From the NCBI GenBank assembly GCA_040876885.1, contig JBBDOU010000008.1:42986-106985 (forward strand): a stretch of 64,000 nucleotides of DNA, in the 5' to 3' direction. The notes under the pieces are model-generated. The model was not told where the DNA came from. It made no database searches and saw only the letters and a program-made list of their open reading frames with translations. Numbering within the stretch: position 1 is the first letter of the stretch; each line of letters begins with the position of its first letter. The translations under genes were made by a program, and so were the position numbers. Positions 17,625 through 27,308 of the stretch are shown here, in pieces. The stretch is from Minisyncoccota bacterium. GTDB lineage: Bacteria; Patescibacteriota; Minisyncoccia; Phycocordibacterales; JABMNX01.

Positions 17625-18104
17625 TTATTTTTGCACAAAAATAAAATCTTCGTCACCTTTCCAAAAATCATCTAGATGCTTATGGTCTCCAACGAGCCAA
17701 ATAAAATTATCACCTCCATGCACTACTCGGAACTGACTCTCGTGATTTTCTGAGTCAAATTGAGATTCCATTCCAATTTGTAATGATTCTAATCTTGGTT
17801 GATGTAAATATTGAATTCTTAACTGAGGACCAACCTCTAAAGGACATATTTCTAGCCCAGCTTCAGTAGCCTTTTTATATATATCTTTTCTATAAGCTCC
17901 ATTAGAGAACCCTAAACCTGAAGGAGTGATCCTAACTAAATCTACTTTCTTTTCGGTTTTGGACATCGTGAAAGATTCACTATGTAAAACATCCTCCGCC
18001 CAGCTACCTATCCTAAATCCTTTCTCTTTAATAGCCCTCTTTAGTTCCTCCACGTTTTTATACGTACCAATGTTAATAGTCTTCCAAACTTGAAATCTTT
18101 TCAT
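17625..18104 (-). CDS. Hypothetical protein on a repeat-flanked insert
   Basis: MKRFQVWKTINIGT...GLEICPLEVGPQLR; TGgTATACT 6 nt before the ATG at 18104; AT-richer than its flanks. Confidence 0.8.
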   Translation of the reverse strand: MKRFQVWKTINIGTYKNVEELKRAIKEKGFRIGSWAEDVLHSESFTMSKTEKKVDLVRITPSGLGFSNGAYRKDIYKKATEAGLEICPLEVGPQLRIQYLHQPRLESLQIGMESQFDSENHESQFRVVHGGDNFIWLVGDHKHLDDFWKGDEDFIFVQK

Positions 18105-18147
18105 GTCTTTAGTATACCAAAGCTTTAAAAGTACCATGCTGAGGTAT

Positions 18148-18231
18148 AAAAAAGACATCAAAGCAGAAGGTCTTGGTGAGTATGTGAGCCTGTTTAAATA
18201 ACCACCTCACCGCCAGCTTCTTTCCACTGCA
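18148..18231. repeat. 84-bp direct repeat, copy 2
   Basis: Duplicate of the msrAB/rhodanese 3'-end junction. Confidence 0.92.
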
Positions 18232-18496
18232 TGATACCGTGCGCGTTCTCGACGTGAGTAAAGCCTGCTTCTTCTAAGATTTCCTTAGCTCTTCCTGCGC
18301 GTCCTCCAGCATTACATGCGGTATATATTTTCATGTCTTTAGGTATGTTTGGTAATTCACCGTTTTCAAACCGTTCGAACTCAAACCGTGTGGCGAGCTT
18401 CGCGTGTCCTGTGTCCCACTCTTCGTCTCTTCTTAAATCAAGAAATACCGCCTCTCCAGATTCAACTTCTTTTGTTATTTTTTCTATATCTATCAT
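18194..18496 (-). CDS. Rhodanese-like domain protein
   Basis: LDLRRDEEWDTGHA, CNAGGRA, GIMQWKEAG. Confidence 0.9.
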   Translation of the reverse strand: MIDIEKITKEVESGEAVFLDLRRDEEWDTGHAKLATRFEFERFENGELPNIPKDMKIYTACNAGGRAGRAKEILEEAGFTHVENAHGIMQWKEAGGEVVI

Positions 18497-18505
18497 ATTA
18501 TTTAT

Positions 18506-18904
18506 TTACGTTGGTCTGTTATTTTTTCTAAAAGTAATCCTGTATACAAAGTACCCAATGAGTCCTAACTGAATGGTGGGAGTGAGTCCTACCACAAGGA
18601 AGGGTACTAACGGCATCATGTATGTATACTCCCAACGCTCAATCCCCAGTGCCCAGTATTCGATACCTACAGATACGATCACCCCGCCAAGAATAAGTAA
18701 ACTCGGATACCGTCTTGATATAGCAAAAAGTTGTAGTGCAAAAATTAATGCGAGTATTATTACCGCGTCAACAAATGCTGCCCTAAACAACATAAGTTCT
18801 GTTATAGGCTCTCCTTTATAGTGAACATACAAAAAGTGATGCGCGTTCTCCCAAATGAGATTTAATCCAAACGCGTAGATAAAAACGAGAAACCATTTTT
18901 TCAT
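18506..18904 (-). CDS. Hypothetical integral membrane protein
   Basis: Four hydrophobic segments; LNLIWE..H, WEY..MP, GLTP..Q. Confidence 0.75.
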   Translation of the reverse strand: MKKWFLVFIYAFGLNLIWENAHHFLYVHYKGEPITELMLFRAAFVDAVIILALIFALQLFAISRRYPSLLILGGVIVSVGIEYWALGIERWEYTYMMPLVPFLVVGLTPTIQLGLIGYFVYRITFRKNNRPT

Positions 18905-18933
18905 ACCAAGCAGTATACCAAAATTAGAAATAT

Positions 18934-19734
18934 CTACAGATCTATTTCAATACTCACAGGGCAGTGGTCTGAGCCCATCACCTCTTTATGAATAGTTGCT
19001 TGAGTAAGCTTTGGTACAAGTTTTTTACTGACAAAAAAATAGTCAATACGCCACCCAACGTTTCGTGCGCGAGAGTTTTGCCAATGTGTCCACCATGAAT
19101 AGTGACCATTCCCTTCTGGAGTGAAGTGACGAAAGGTATCAACGAATCCAACGTCAACCATACGGTTGACACCGTCTCGCTCTTCGTTGGTGAATCCATG
19201 CTTTCCTTCGTTTGGTTTTGGATGTGCAAGGTCTTGTTCCTCATGCGCTACATTGAGGTCACCACAAAAAATGACCGGTTTCTTCTTCTGAAGCACTGCA
19301 CAGTATTCAAGAAATGCAGGATCCCAGTTTTCATGACGGAGCTTTAAGCGGCTTAAATCACCTTTTGAATTTGGCGTGTACACGGTCACCACAAAAAATT
19401 TTTTAAACTCAGCCGTGATGACACGACCTTCTGTGTTTGGATTACCATATCCATCGTCTTTAATCTTGTACTTCTTTGCGATGTCAGTCGGTATATCATT
19501 GACTACAGACAGCGGTTTTTCTTTTGTGAAAATTGCGGTACCTGAATATCCTTTTTTTACTGCTGAGTTCCAGTACTCAGTGTAGTCAGGTAAATCAACA
19601 GGGGACTGGTCAGGTTGTGCCTTGGTTTCCTGAAGACATAGGATATCTGGTGTATGTTTCTTAACAAACGGAATAAAGAGTCCTTTATTGTGAACTGCGC
19701 GTATTCCATTTACATTCCATGACATTATTTTCAT
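18934..19734 (-). CDS. xth: Exodeoxyribonuclease III / AP endonuclease
   Basis: SWNVNGIRA, LQETK, GYSG, GDLNVAH, GWRIDYF, GSDHCP. Confidence 0.96.
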   Translation of the reverse strand: MKIMSWNVNGIRAVHNKGLFIPFVKKHTPDILCLQETKAQPDQSPVDLPDYTEYWNSAVKKGYSGTAIFTKEKPLSVVNDIPTDIAKKYKIKDDGYGNPNTEGRVITAEFKKFFVVTVYTPNSKGDLSRLKLRHENWDPAFLEYCAVLQKKKPVIFCGDLNVAHEEQDLAHPKPNEGKHGFTNEERDGVNRMVDVGFVDTFRHFTPEGNGHYSWWTHWQNSRARNVGWRIDYFFVSKKLVPKLTQATIHKEVMGSDHCPVSIEIDL

Positions 19735-19758
19735 TACCATCGAGTATACCATGAACAA

Positions 19759-19792
19759 AAAACACCTCACCTTCCAGAAGGTGAGGTGTTTT
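19759..19792. terminator. Intrinsic terminator
   Basis: aaaacacctcaccttc-ca-gaaggtgaggtgtttt. Confidence 0.8.
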
Positions 19793-19806
19793 TATGTATG
19801 TATTTC

Positions 19807-20214
19807 CTACAAGAGAAAACCTTGGTAAACAAAATAGATTCCGAGAACTACAGAAACGACTCCCATGAGTCGGGCCATGTGTGCTCCCATAAAGGCTTCA
19901 ATCATTGCCGAGATTGTCTTCTGTGGAAGAAGCATCATCAGTACTCCTTCTACGACTACAACCCAACCAATAAGAGAAACGAGTACTTCTAGAAGTCCGT
20001 CCCACACGTTGTGGTTAAGAACTAAAAGAAGACCTACAACAAGCGCAATTGCTCCATCAAAGTAGGGAAGAAGATAACTTCGTTTCGCTTCCTGCATTGC
20101 TCCCTTCATACGAGCTGGGTTTAAAAGCATACCTACTCCTGCTACGAGAAAGTACACCCCCATAACCTGAGCAAGAAATAATGTAATATCCATCATATAT
20201 ATATGTATGAGCAT
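19807..20214 (-). CDS. Hypothetical four-TM membrane protein
   Basis: FLAQVMG, LNHNVW, LVSLIGW, hydrophobic pattern. Confidence 0.75.
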   Translation of the reverse strand: MLIHIYMMDITLFLAQVMGVYFLVAGVGMLLNPARMKGAMQEAKRSYLLPYFDGAIALVVGLLLVLNHNVWDGLLEVLVSLIGWVVVVEGVLMMLLPQKTISAMIEAFMGAHMARLMGVVSVVLGIYFVYQGFLL

Positions 20215-20406
20215 CTAGTAAATACCGACCTCTGTATATATACTACTGCCGGTGGTGAATATAAAGATAGTCTGTCTCTGTGGATAGAAACCTTTCATGA
20301 AAAACATTTGTTTGTAGAGAAAGAGAGGAGATCTTTATGAATACCGATGTGCAAAGTGCTATCACTTTTATTGAAACGACCGGGAGATATGTTCCTATTG
20401 CCGTAC

Positions 20407-20450
20407 CAATAATAAAAACCTAGCGATATATCGCTAGGTTTTTATTATTG
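20407..20450. repeat. Perfect 44-bp palindrome (terminator or REP-like)
   Basis: caataataaaaacctagcgata|tatcgctaggtttttattattg. Confidence 0.8.
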
Positions 20451-20582
20451 TTGTACGACTTCACTCGATACGTCAGAAAAAATCTTTGGACGTACTGAGT
20501 GCGCTCTGGAAACCGCACGCGACGCTCATCTTGGGGCAATTTAGTGGCGTACTTATGAGTGGACCTTTGTTTTAATATCCAA

Positions 20583-21488
20583 CTACTTTCTGCCTTTACC
20601 ATGAAACTGTTTATGTATATCGTGAAGATGTTTATCGGTTACGTGGGTGTAAATCTGAGTCGTCGCGATATTTGCGTGTCCTAAGAGTGCCTGCACTGAA
20701 CGGAGGTCTGCGCCGTTTTGTAGCAAGTCAGTCGCAAATGAGTGTCGGAGCGTGTGTGGTGTCACTCGCTTATCAATCCCTGCTTTGATTGCATATTGTT
20801 TCACTAAACGTTCTACTCCTCGTGTTGAGAGTCGCATGGAACCACTTTCAGTCTCTGCGCGTTTTGCACCACGACCTAAGTAAATAAAGAGTGCCTCATC
20901 AGTGTCTTTTCTTTTATCTAAATATTTTTTAATCGCACTTTTTGCTCCGAGCGATATAAATACTGGACGTACTTTGCCACCTTTACCACGCACAGAGATT
21001 TCGTCACGACTCCAATCAAGATATCGCGAGAGGGAACACAGCTCTGACACACGAAGTCCTGTAGAGAAGAGAAGCTCGAGTATTGCTCTATCGCGGAGTG
21101 CCTTCACCTCGTCTCCCTCGGGGGACTTAAGGAGTCTTTGAAGTTCTGTTGATGAAATGAGACTCAAGTCCCGTGGGGTTTCTTTTGCAAGCTCTATCGT
21201 GTCAGGAGGAAGGACCTCAAAACCACGTTTCACAAGATATTTTAGGAATTGACGAAGCGCAATAAGATAATAATTCTGTGTACGCCGATTAAGCCCCGCA
21301 CGGTTCAGTTCAAGTCGATATTTTCGTATCTTTTCAGTTGTAATATCTTGTACTTCTTTAGCCCCCGAAAAAACAAAAAACCGAGTGACGTACCGGTTAT
21401 AATTTTCAACCGTCTTGAGTGCACGACCACGCTCAATCTCAATATATTCGAGATATTCTTGCTTGAGTGACTTTAAGTTCTGCGCCAT
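20583..21488 (-). CDS. XerC/XerD-family tyrosine recombinase
   Basis: N-terminal SAM-like domain; catalytic GLRVSEL, GKGGK, HTLRHSFAT, LLGH, TQIYTH. Confidence 0.93.
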   Translation of the reverse strand: MAQNLKSLKQEYLEYIEIERGRALKTVENYNRYVTRFFVFSGAKEVQDITTEKIRKYRLELNRAGLNRRTQNYYLIALRQFLKYLVKRGFEVLPPDTIELAKETPRDLSLISSTELQRLLKSPEGDEVKALRDRAILELLFSTGLRVSELCSLSRYLDWSRDEISVRGKGGKVRPVFISLGAKSAIKKYLDKRKDTDEALFIYLGRGAKRAETESGSMRLSTRGVERLVKQYAIKAGIDKRVTPHTLRHSFATDLLQNGADLRSVQALLGHANIATTQIYTHVTDKHLHDIHKQFHGKGRK

Positions 21489-21864
21489 TATATTTATTAT
21501 AGCAGTTATTGTGCGACCCATATATCTTATGAAGACCTTCCGTCTGAATTAGATAAATGGGGAGTGCTACAGTAAGCCGACTATATTTTCTTGGAGATGA
21601 AATCGGCGAAATTAACCTAACTTTCTTAGCGGTGAAACCGATTTAGAAAATAGGAGACGTATGGACCGACCATATATAAACTCAACAGGGAGCAAATGTA
21701 AGAACATCACTAACTTCCATAGACAGAAACATCCATAAAAAAGCTCATTAAGGTCATACTAAAACAGTAGCTTCTATAGAATAAGCCATATATTATAGGT
21801 ACTAAGACTACCAAAGCACGCGAAAAACCTTGCAAATAGCCATATTCTATGCTACTATGTCCCC

Positions 21865-22131
21865 ATGTTAACTAAACAGAAAAAAGCACGAGCAGTTAAA
21901 ACCGTCCAGAAACATGAGACTGACACGGGCTCTTCTGAGGTGCAAGTGGCACTCCTTTCAAAGAAAATTGATGCACTTGCCCTACATCTGAAGAAAAACA
22001 ACAAAGATAAGCACTCACGAAGAGGGCTTCTCCAGATGGTTGCGGATAGACGCAAGCACCTAAAATACCTTGAAACAAACAATAAGCGTTCTTATACGGC
22101 ACTTATTAAAAAGCTTGGTTTGAAGAAATAA
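21865..22131 (+). CDS. rpsO: 30S ribosomal protein S15
   Basis: HETDTGSSEVQVALL, KDKHSRRGLLQMV. Confidence 0.98.
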   Translation: MLTKQKKARAVKTVQKHETDTGSSEVQVALLSKKIDALALHLKKNNKDKHSRRGLLQMVADRRKHLKYLETNNKRSYTALIKKLGLKK

Positions 22132-22320
22132 TTCTCTATAGTTATTTCTTAATTTACTTATTCTTATACTTATTTTGATTTTATAAGTAAGTCTTTTATA
22201 CTTTAAGGAGGTCGTTTCGTTAGCGATACATAACGATATGTTGTTTTGTGTACATTTTTACTCGTGCGCATTCTGAGCGTTAACATTTTATAAGCATTAA
22301 TTTCATTTACAATAAAATAT

Positions 22321-22854
22321 ATGGCTGTTATTAAACATAAAGAACAGCGCGTTGGTGTTTTTATCGATACGCAAAATCTTTACCATAGCGCAAAAAATTT
22401 ATATAAAGCCAAAGTTAACTTTGGAAATGTTTTGAAACAAGCAGTTGCGGGACGTCAACTCATTAGAGCTCGGGCATACGTGGTAACAACAGAAAGTGGC
22501 GAAGAACAAAACTTCTTTGAAGCACTTGAAAAGCTTGGTATCGAAATAAAAACAAAAGACCTGCAGGTCTTTTATGGAGGCGCAAAAAAAGCAGACTGGG
22601 ATGTGGGTATGGCTGTTGATGCTATCTCAATGGCATCAAAATTAGATGCGGTGGTACTCGCGACAGGTGATGGAGACTTTAACCCACTTGTTGAATACCT
22701 TCAGTACAATGAGGGATGCCAAGTAGAGGTTATTTCATTTGGTAAATCTACCTCATCAACACTTCGCGAGCTTGCTGATGATTTCTATGACCTCTGCGAT
22801 GATCACAAAAAATATCTCATTGGAGGCTCAAACTGGAAACTTCCACGTCCGTAA
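22321..22854 (+). CDS. NYN/LabA-like PIN-fold protein
   Basis: VFIDTQNL, KKADWDVGMAVD, TGDGDF, ADDF. Confidence 0.92.
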   Translation: MAVIKHKEQRVGVFIDTQNLYHSAKNLYKAKVNFGNVLKQAVAGRQLIRARAYVVTTESGEEQNFFEALEKLGIEIKTKDLQVFYGGAKKADWDVGMAVDAISMASKLDAVVLATGDGDFNPLVEYLQYNEGCQVEVISFGKSTSSTLRELADDFYDLCDDHKKYLIGGSNWKLPRP

Positions 22855-22991
22855 CGCCTTATAGCGTTTCACGCTTCAAAACTCACTCACCTATGAGTGG
22901 GTTTTGTGATTTTATATAATTACACATCCCTCTGTTATAATAAAGGAAACAAAAAAATTAACCCTGCAGAGAAATAACACTCCGTATATCT

Positions 22992-24050
22992 ATGAGCACC
23001 GAACCAGAAAAAAAATTTAGCCTTAATGACGAAGTAGACGCAAAATTTGCGCCAATGCGGTCTCTATCTTCTTTTCCTGGAGAAGAAAATAGAGCTTCTC
23101 TTGATGAAGATTTTGACAGCAGTATTGTACAGAATGGGAAACCAAAAGCTCCGCTCCGTGGAGGCATAAAGAGGGTGCGAACATACAAGGAAGATATCGC
23201 AGAAGCTGTTAAGAACCAGAAAGCTTCCGTAACAAGTATTGCGGCAGCAGAAGAGAGGAGAAGGACGGGTATTCCGCAAGATGTACTTGAAAAAAAACCA
23301 CGGGACATAAAAAGAACCCTCACGGTACTCGGCAGTATCCTCCTACTCCTCATAGGAATAGGGGTTATTGCTTTTTTCTACTTTTTTTATGAAAAAGAAT
23401 CAGTGGTTATACAACAAGAAATTCCTTCGTTAGTTTTTGCAGAGAGCCAAGAAGAAATCAATGTCACCAAGAAAACAGCCCGTGAGATTCTCCAACAATT
23501 ATATACTTCACGAAATACAACACAGCTCCCACTTGGACAAGTCTCTCACCTATACCTTACAGAATCCACGGAGACACCAGAAGGTACGTATACTCAGTTA
23601 ATTACCACTGAGGCACTCCTTACAAAAATACAAGCACAGGTAAGTGGCTCATTTTTGCGTTCACTTGAGCCGTCTTTTATGCTCGGCGTACATGTATTTA
23701 ATAACAACCAACCGTTTATCATCCTTAAATCAAATTCTTACCAACATGCTTTTGCGGGGATGCTCGAATGGGAGCGAACACTGTATGACGACCTCTTCCT
23801 GTTTACAGGATTAAAGAACGATCCAGTTTTAGGAGCACCAATAGACCCCCAAACCGGTAACGAAATTGTGCTCAGCGAAGTATTTGAAGATAGAATAGTA
23901 AAAAATATCGATGTGCGGGCGCTCACTGATGAAAGTGGAGTAATCAAATTCCTCTATGCATTTCCTGATCAAAAAACCCTGATTATAACTACTAATGAGA
24001 ATACGCTTATTGAAATAATTACACGACTTAACTCAGTCAGAGTGTTCTAA
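22992..24050 (+). CDS. Hypothetical single-pass membrane protein
   Basis: RTYKEDIA motif, central TM, FAGMLEWE..L..DL, FEDRIVKNIDVR. Confidence 0.8.
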   Translation: MSTEPEKKFSLNDEVDAKFAPMRSLSSFPGEENRASLDEDFDSSIVQNGKPKAPLRGGIKRVRTYKEDIAEAVKNQKASVTSIAAAEERRRTGIPQDVLEKKPRDIKRTLTVLGSILLLLIGIGVIAFFYFFYEKESVVIQQEIPSLVFAESQEEINVTKKTAREILQQLYTSRNTTQLPLGQVSHLYLTESTETPEGTYTQLITTEALLTKIQAQVSGSFLRSLEPSFMLGVHVFNNNQPFIILKSNSYQHAFAGMLEWERTLYDDLFLFTGLKNDPVLGAPIDPQTGNEIVLSEVFEDRIVKNIDVRALTDESGVIKFLYAFPDQKTLIITTNENTLIEIITRLNSVRVF

Positions 24051-24122
24051 TAGTAATTGCGCTTGCTAGAAACTAATCCTCTGCTATGATTTTACTATAA
24101 TAAAAATCATTAACTAACTGAT

Positions 24123-24491
24123 ATGGAAATTGATACACAAAAATTTAAAGAAAAACTTACTACTGAGATGGAAACACTTTCTGGAGAACTGCAGAAAATA
24201 GCGCGTGTCAATCCTGATAGCGAAAAAGAAGACTGGGAAGCAAAGGGTGCACAAGAAGGGGTTGGTCAAGCGGACCCAAATGAACGTGCTGACGCACAGG
24301 AAGAGTACGAACTTAACAACACACTCCTTAAAGATATCGAAATGCGATATAACAATGTAAAAGAAGCACTGACGCGCATAGAAGACGGTACATATGGTGT
24401 TTGTTCTGTAAGTGGGGAGCCTATTGAAATAGATCGTCTTGAGGCAAATCCTGCAGCAACCACTTGCAAGGCTCACATGAACGAAGTGTAA
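24123..24491 (+). CDS. TraR/DksA family regulator
   Basis: Coiled coil with ADPNERAD, ALTRIEDGTYGVC, RLEANPAATTC. Confidence 0.88.
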   Translation: MEIDTQKFKEKLTTEMETLSGELQKIARVNPDSEKEDWEAKGAQEGVGQADPNERADAQEEYELNNTLLKDIEMRYNNVKEALTRIEDGTYGVCSVSGEPIEIDRLEANPAATTCKAHMNEV

Positions 24492-24503
24492 TATTCCTAC
24501 GGT

Positions 24504-25997
24504 ATGAGTTTTGCGAAAGTATACAGTGCACAGACATCATACTTAGAAGCTCATATAATTGATATCGAAGTAGACCTTTCAAAAGGTCTTCATTCGTTTG
24601 GAATTGTTGGACTTCCTGGTAAAGCTGTCGAAGAATCTCGAGACAGGGTGTCAGCAGCAATTAAAAATTCTGGCTTTAAATCTCCTAAAAGTAAAAACCA
24701 AAAGGTGGTTATTTCTCTTGCGCCCGCAGATATAAAAAAAGAAGGTCCTGCATTCGACTTAGGCATAGCACTTGCATACCTCCTTGCGACAGAAGACATC
24801 ACATTTAACCCAACGGGACTTTTGTTTTTAGGAGAGCTCTCTCTTGATGGAGAACTTCGTCCGATACATGGAATCTTGCCACTTATACGGAAGGCAAAGC
24901 AGGTTGGATTTAGAGAAGTCTTTGTACCATTTGAAAATAGTAAAGAAGCTGGTCTTATTGAGGGAGTTGATATCTATCCAGCAAAAACACTCTCTGAAGT
25001 AATTCTTCACCTAGACACAGAGCACACAGAGCACGCACAGCTCACGAAACAACAAAAAACCGAGGTGCAGTACGATATTCCTGAGAGCGCAATTGATTTT
25101 GGTGACATACGCTCACAAGAAAGTGCCAAACGTGGACTCCTTATCGCAGCATCGGGGCGTCATAACATTATGCTCTATGGACCGCCGGGCACAGGAAAGA
25201 CAATGCTTGCACGAGCGTTTAATAACATCCTTCCAAACCTTTCATTTGAAGAATGTTTAGAGGTGACATCAATCCACTCAATTGCCGGAGTACTCTCTGG
25301 ACCATTGATTACACTCCCTCCATTTCGGAGCCCGCACCACACCGCATCCTACGTATCTCTTGTTGGCGGTGGAGCAACGCCAAAGCCTGGTGAAATAACC
25401 CTTGCGCATCGTGGTGTTCTTTTTCTCGATGAGTTCCCTGAGTTTGAACGCCGGACTATCGAAGCGCTCCGCCAGCCACTTGAAGAGCGGACGGTCACCG
25501 TGGTTCGTGCAAAGGGGTCTGCACTTTTCCCTGCAAACTTTATTTTAGTTGCCGCAATGAACCCCCCAGAAAAAGATGGTATAGCACAAGGAAGGTTTGA
25601 AAAGAAAATATCTGGACCAATTATAGACCGCGTCGATATGTGGATTGAAGTTGGAAACATTGACCACAAAACACTCTCTGTGGAAGGAGACTCACCACGA
25701 GAATCAGAAGGACTTAGGAGACAAGTGCTCGAAGCACGAAAAAAACAAAGCAAACGTTTTGGGGTAGCAAAATGCAATAGTGAGATGACAGTACGTGAAC
25801 TTGCGTGCCACGTTACCCTAGAAGGACCGGTCCGAGATATCCTCAATAGTGCCGCTACAAAACTAAACCTCTCACCGCGCGCATATCACCGTGTTATCAA
25901 ACTTGCCCGAACTATCGCAGACATAGAAGATGCGAACGAGGTTGAGGAAGGACATATTCTCGAAGCGCTTCAGTACCGTCCGCGAAGTTTTTTGTAA
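24504..25997 (+). CDS. comM: ComM/YifB AAA+ ATPase
   Basis: IVGLP, LAPADIKKEG, GELSLDG, GPPGTGKT, PFRSPHH, LAHRGVLFLDEFPEF, ARTIAD, EALQYR. Confidence 0.93.
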   Translation: MSFAKVYSAQTSYLEAHIIDIEVDLSKGLHSFGIVGLPGKAVEESRDRVSAAIKNSGFKSPKSKNQKVVISLAPADIKKEGPAFDLGIALAYLLATEDITFNPTGLLFLGELSLDGELRPIHGILPLIRKAKQVGFREVFVPFENSKEAGLIEGVDIYPAKTLSEVILHLDTEHTEHAQLTKQQKTEVQYDIPESAIDFGDIRSQESAKRGLLIAASGRHNIMLYGPPGTGKTMLARAFNNILPNLSFEECLEVTSIHSIAGVLSGPLITLPPFRSPHHTASYVSLVGGGATPKPGEITLAHRGVLFLDEFPEFERRTIEALRQPLEERTVTVVRAKGSALFPANFILVAAMNPPEKDGIAQGRFEKKISGPIIDRVDMWIEVGNIDHKTLSVEGDSPRESEGLRRQVLEARKKQSKRFGVAKCNSEMTVRELACHVTLEGPVRDILNSAATKLNLSPRAYHRVIKLARTIADIEDANEVEEGHILEALQYRPRSFL

Positions 25998-26056
25998 CCT
26001 TTTAAATATCGTGTTTGTTTATACCAGAAGAAACACGTGTTCTTGGAGGACGTCTA

Positions 26057-26245
26057 ATGCATAGACATAAAAAGGTTTCACCGCATGAAGATACGCTCTT
26101 AAGTCGTGCCTGCGCACTCGAAGTGTATCTAACAGAAATCCGTGACCATATAGAAAATGACGAAATAGAATCTGCAAAAGAAATAATTGATACAGTACTT
26201 CGTGTCCTCGTACGAGTGACACTAAAAAACGACTCAAAAAATTGA
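26057..26245 (+). CDS. Small hypothetical protein
   Basis: GGAGG SD at 26045; 62-aa helical ORF. Confidence 0.45.
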   Translation: MHRHKKVSPHEDTLLSRACALEVYLTEIRDHIENDEIESAKEIIDTVLRVLVRVTLKNDSKN

Positions 26246-26273
26246 GTCGTTTACTGCTTTATATCTCACTTAT

Positions 26274-27308
26274 TTAAAATGGGTTCTTCGCTCCACGAAC
26301 CTCAAAGTGAAGATGTGATCCTGTTGAACGTCCTGTACTTCCAACATACCCAATAACCTGACCTTGCACGACACGTTGCCCACTATAGACAATTACCGTC
26401 GACATGTGGGAATACAGGGTCTGTGTTCCGTTACCATGACGAATCACGGCATATGTTCCGTACCCACCGTTCCATCCACCATTTCGAACGACAATAACGT
26501 CACCTGTAGCTGAGGCAAGAATTGGAGTTCCTGATGGAGCAGCAAGGTCGACACCGTTATATCCATGAATCCCCTGTGATTTTCGCCCACCAACAATCGG
26601 TCGCATATAGTATCCAGAATATGATGAACTGTTTGAACCGGTGACTACCTGTGTTGTTGCTTTATAGACTGGTGCCTCCACCTCTCCACCTGGCACGGTG
26701 ATAACATCTCCAACGGCAAGAATTACATTTTCCGTAATGTCGTTATATTGTAGAACTTCGTTGAAATCTCCTTTGTATTTCTTAGCAATACTCTGTAGGG
26801 TGTCTCCTTTCTCTACAATGTGCTGTACTCCAGACACAGGAAGAATAACGAGCGTTTGTCCTTCTTTAATAAGAGAACCTTTCTTAATGTCGTTCGCCCA
26901 AATAATTGTACCCGTTGTGACGTTAAACATTTTAGCTATTTGAGAAAGCGAATCTCCTTCACGAACAACATAAATACTAATACGCCCTCCATGCTGTGGG
27001 CGAACCTCAACATCAGCAAGCGTTCCTGTTGGTCCTGTTTCAGAAAGCAGTGCAGAACCGTCTACAACAGTAATATCACCTCCTCCTTTTGCAGGGTTTG
27101 GGTCAACGTTACGAGCAGCTTTTAATACTAGCGCATTTTGAGAATTATATTCTGAATCAACCACACGTGCCGTATCAGATAAAAAAGAGGATATAAAAGA
27201 AACAATCCCCGCATGCGTAGGGGTTGGGGATATAAATAAGAGCGCAATGACAATGCTACATAATGAAAAAACAGCGGTACTGAGCCGTGCATGTTTCTTT
27301 TTTATCAT
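26274..27308 (-). CDS. LysM x2 + M23 peptidase (peptidoglycan hydrolase)
   Basis: YVVREGDSLSQIA, HIVEKGDTLQSIA; NGVDLA, TLYSHM, STGSHLHFEV. Confidence 0.93.
   Translation of the reverse strand: MIKKKHARLSTAVFSLCSIVIALLFISPTPTHAGIVSFISSFLSDTARVVDSEYNSQNALVLKAARNVDPNPAKGGGDITVVDGSALLSETGPTGTLADVEVRPQHGGRISIYVVREGDSLSQIAKMFNVTTGTIIWANDIKKGSLIKEGQTLVILPVSGVQHIVEKGDTLQSIAKKYKGDFNEVLQYNDITENVILAVGDVITVPGGEVEAPVYKATTQVVTGSNSSSYSGYYMRPIVGGRKSQGIHGYNGVDLAAPSGTPILASATGDVIVVRNGGWNGGYGTYAVIRHGNGTQTLYSHMSTVIVYSGQRVVQGQVIGYVGSTGRSTGSHLHFEVRGAKNPF

Noticed and set aside
20337-20423. 28-aa ORF MNTDVQSAITF... with a GAGGAG SD
   Set aside because: Too short, no compositional or family signal, and it ends inside the 44-bp palindrome; cannot be supported.
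20583-21488. Prophage or ICE integrase
   Set aside because: Xer-like length and motifs, housekeeping neighbours, and no att repeats or phage genes.
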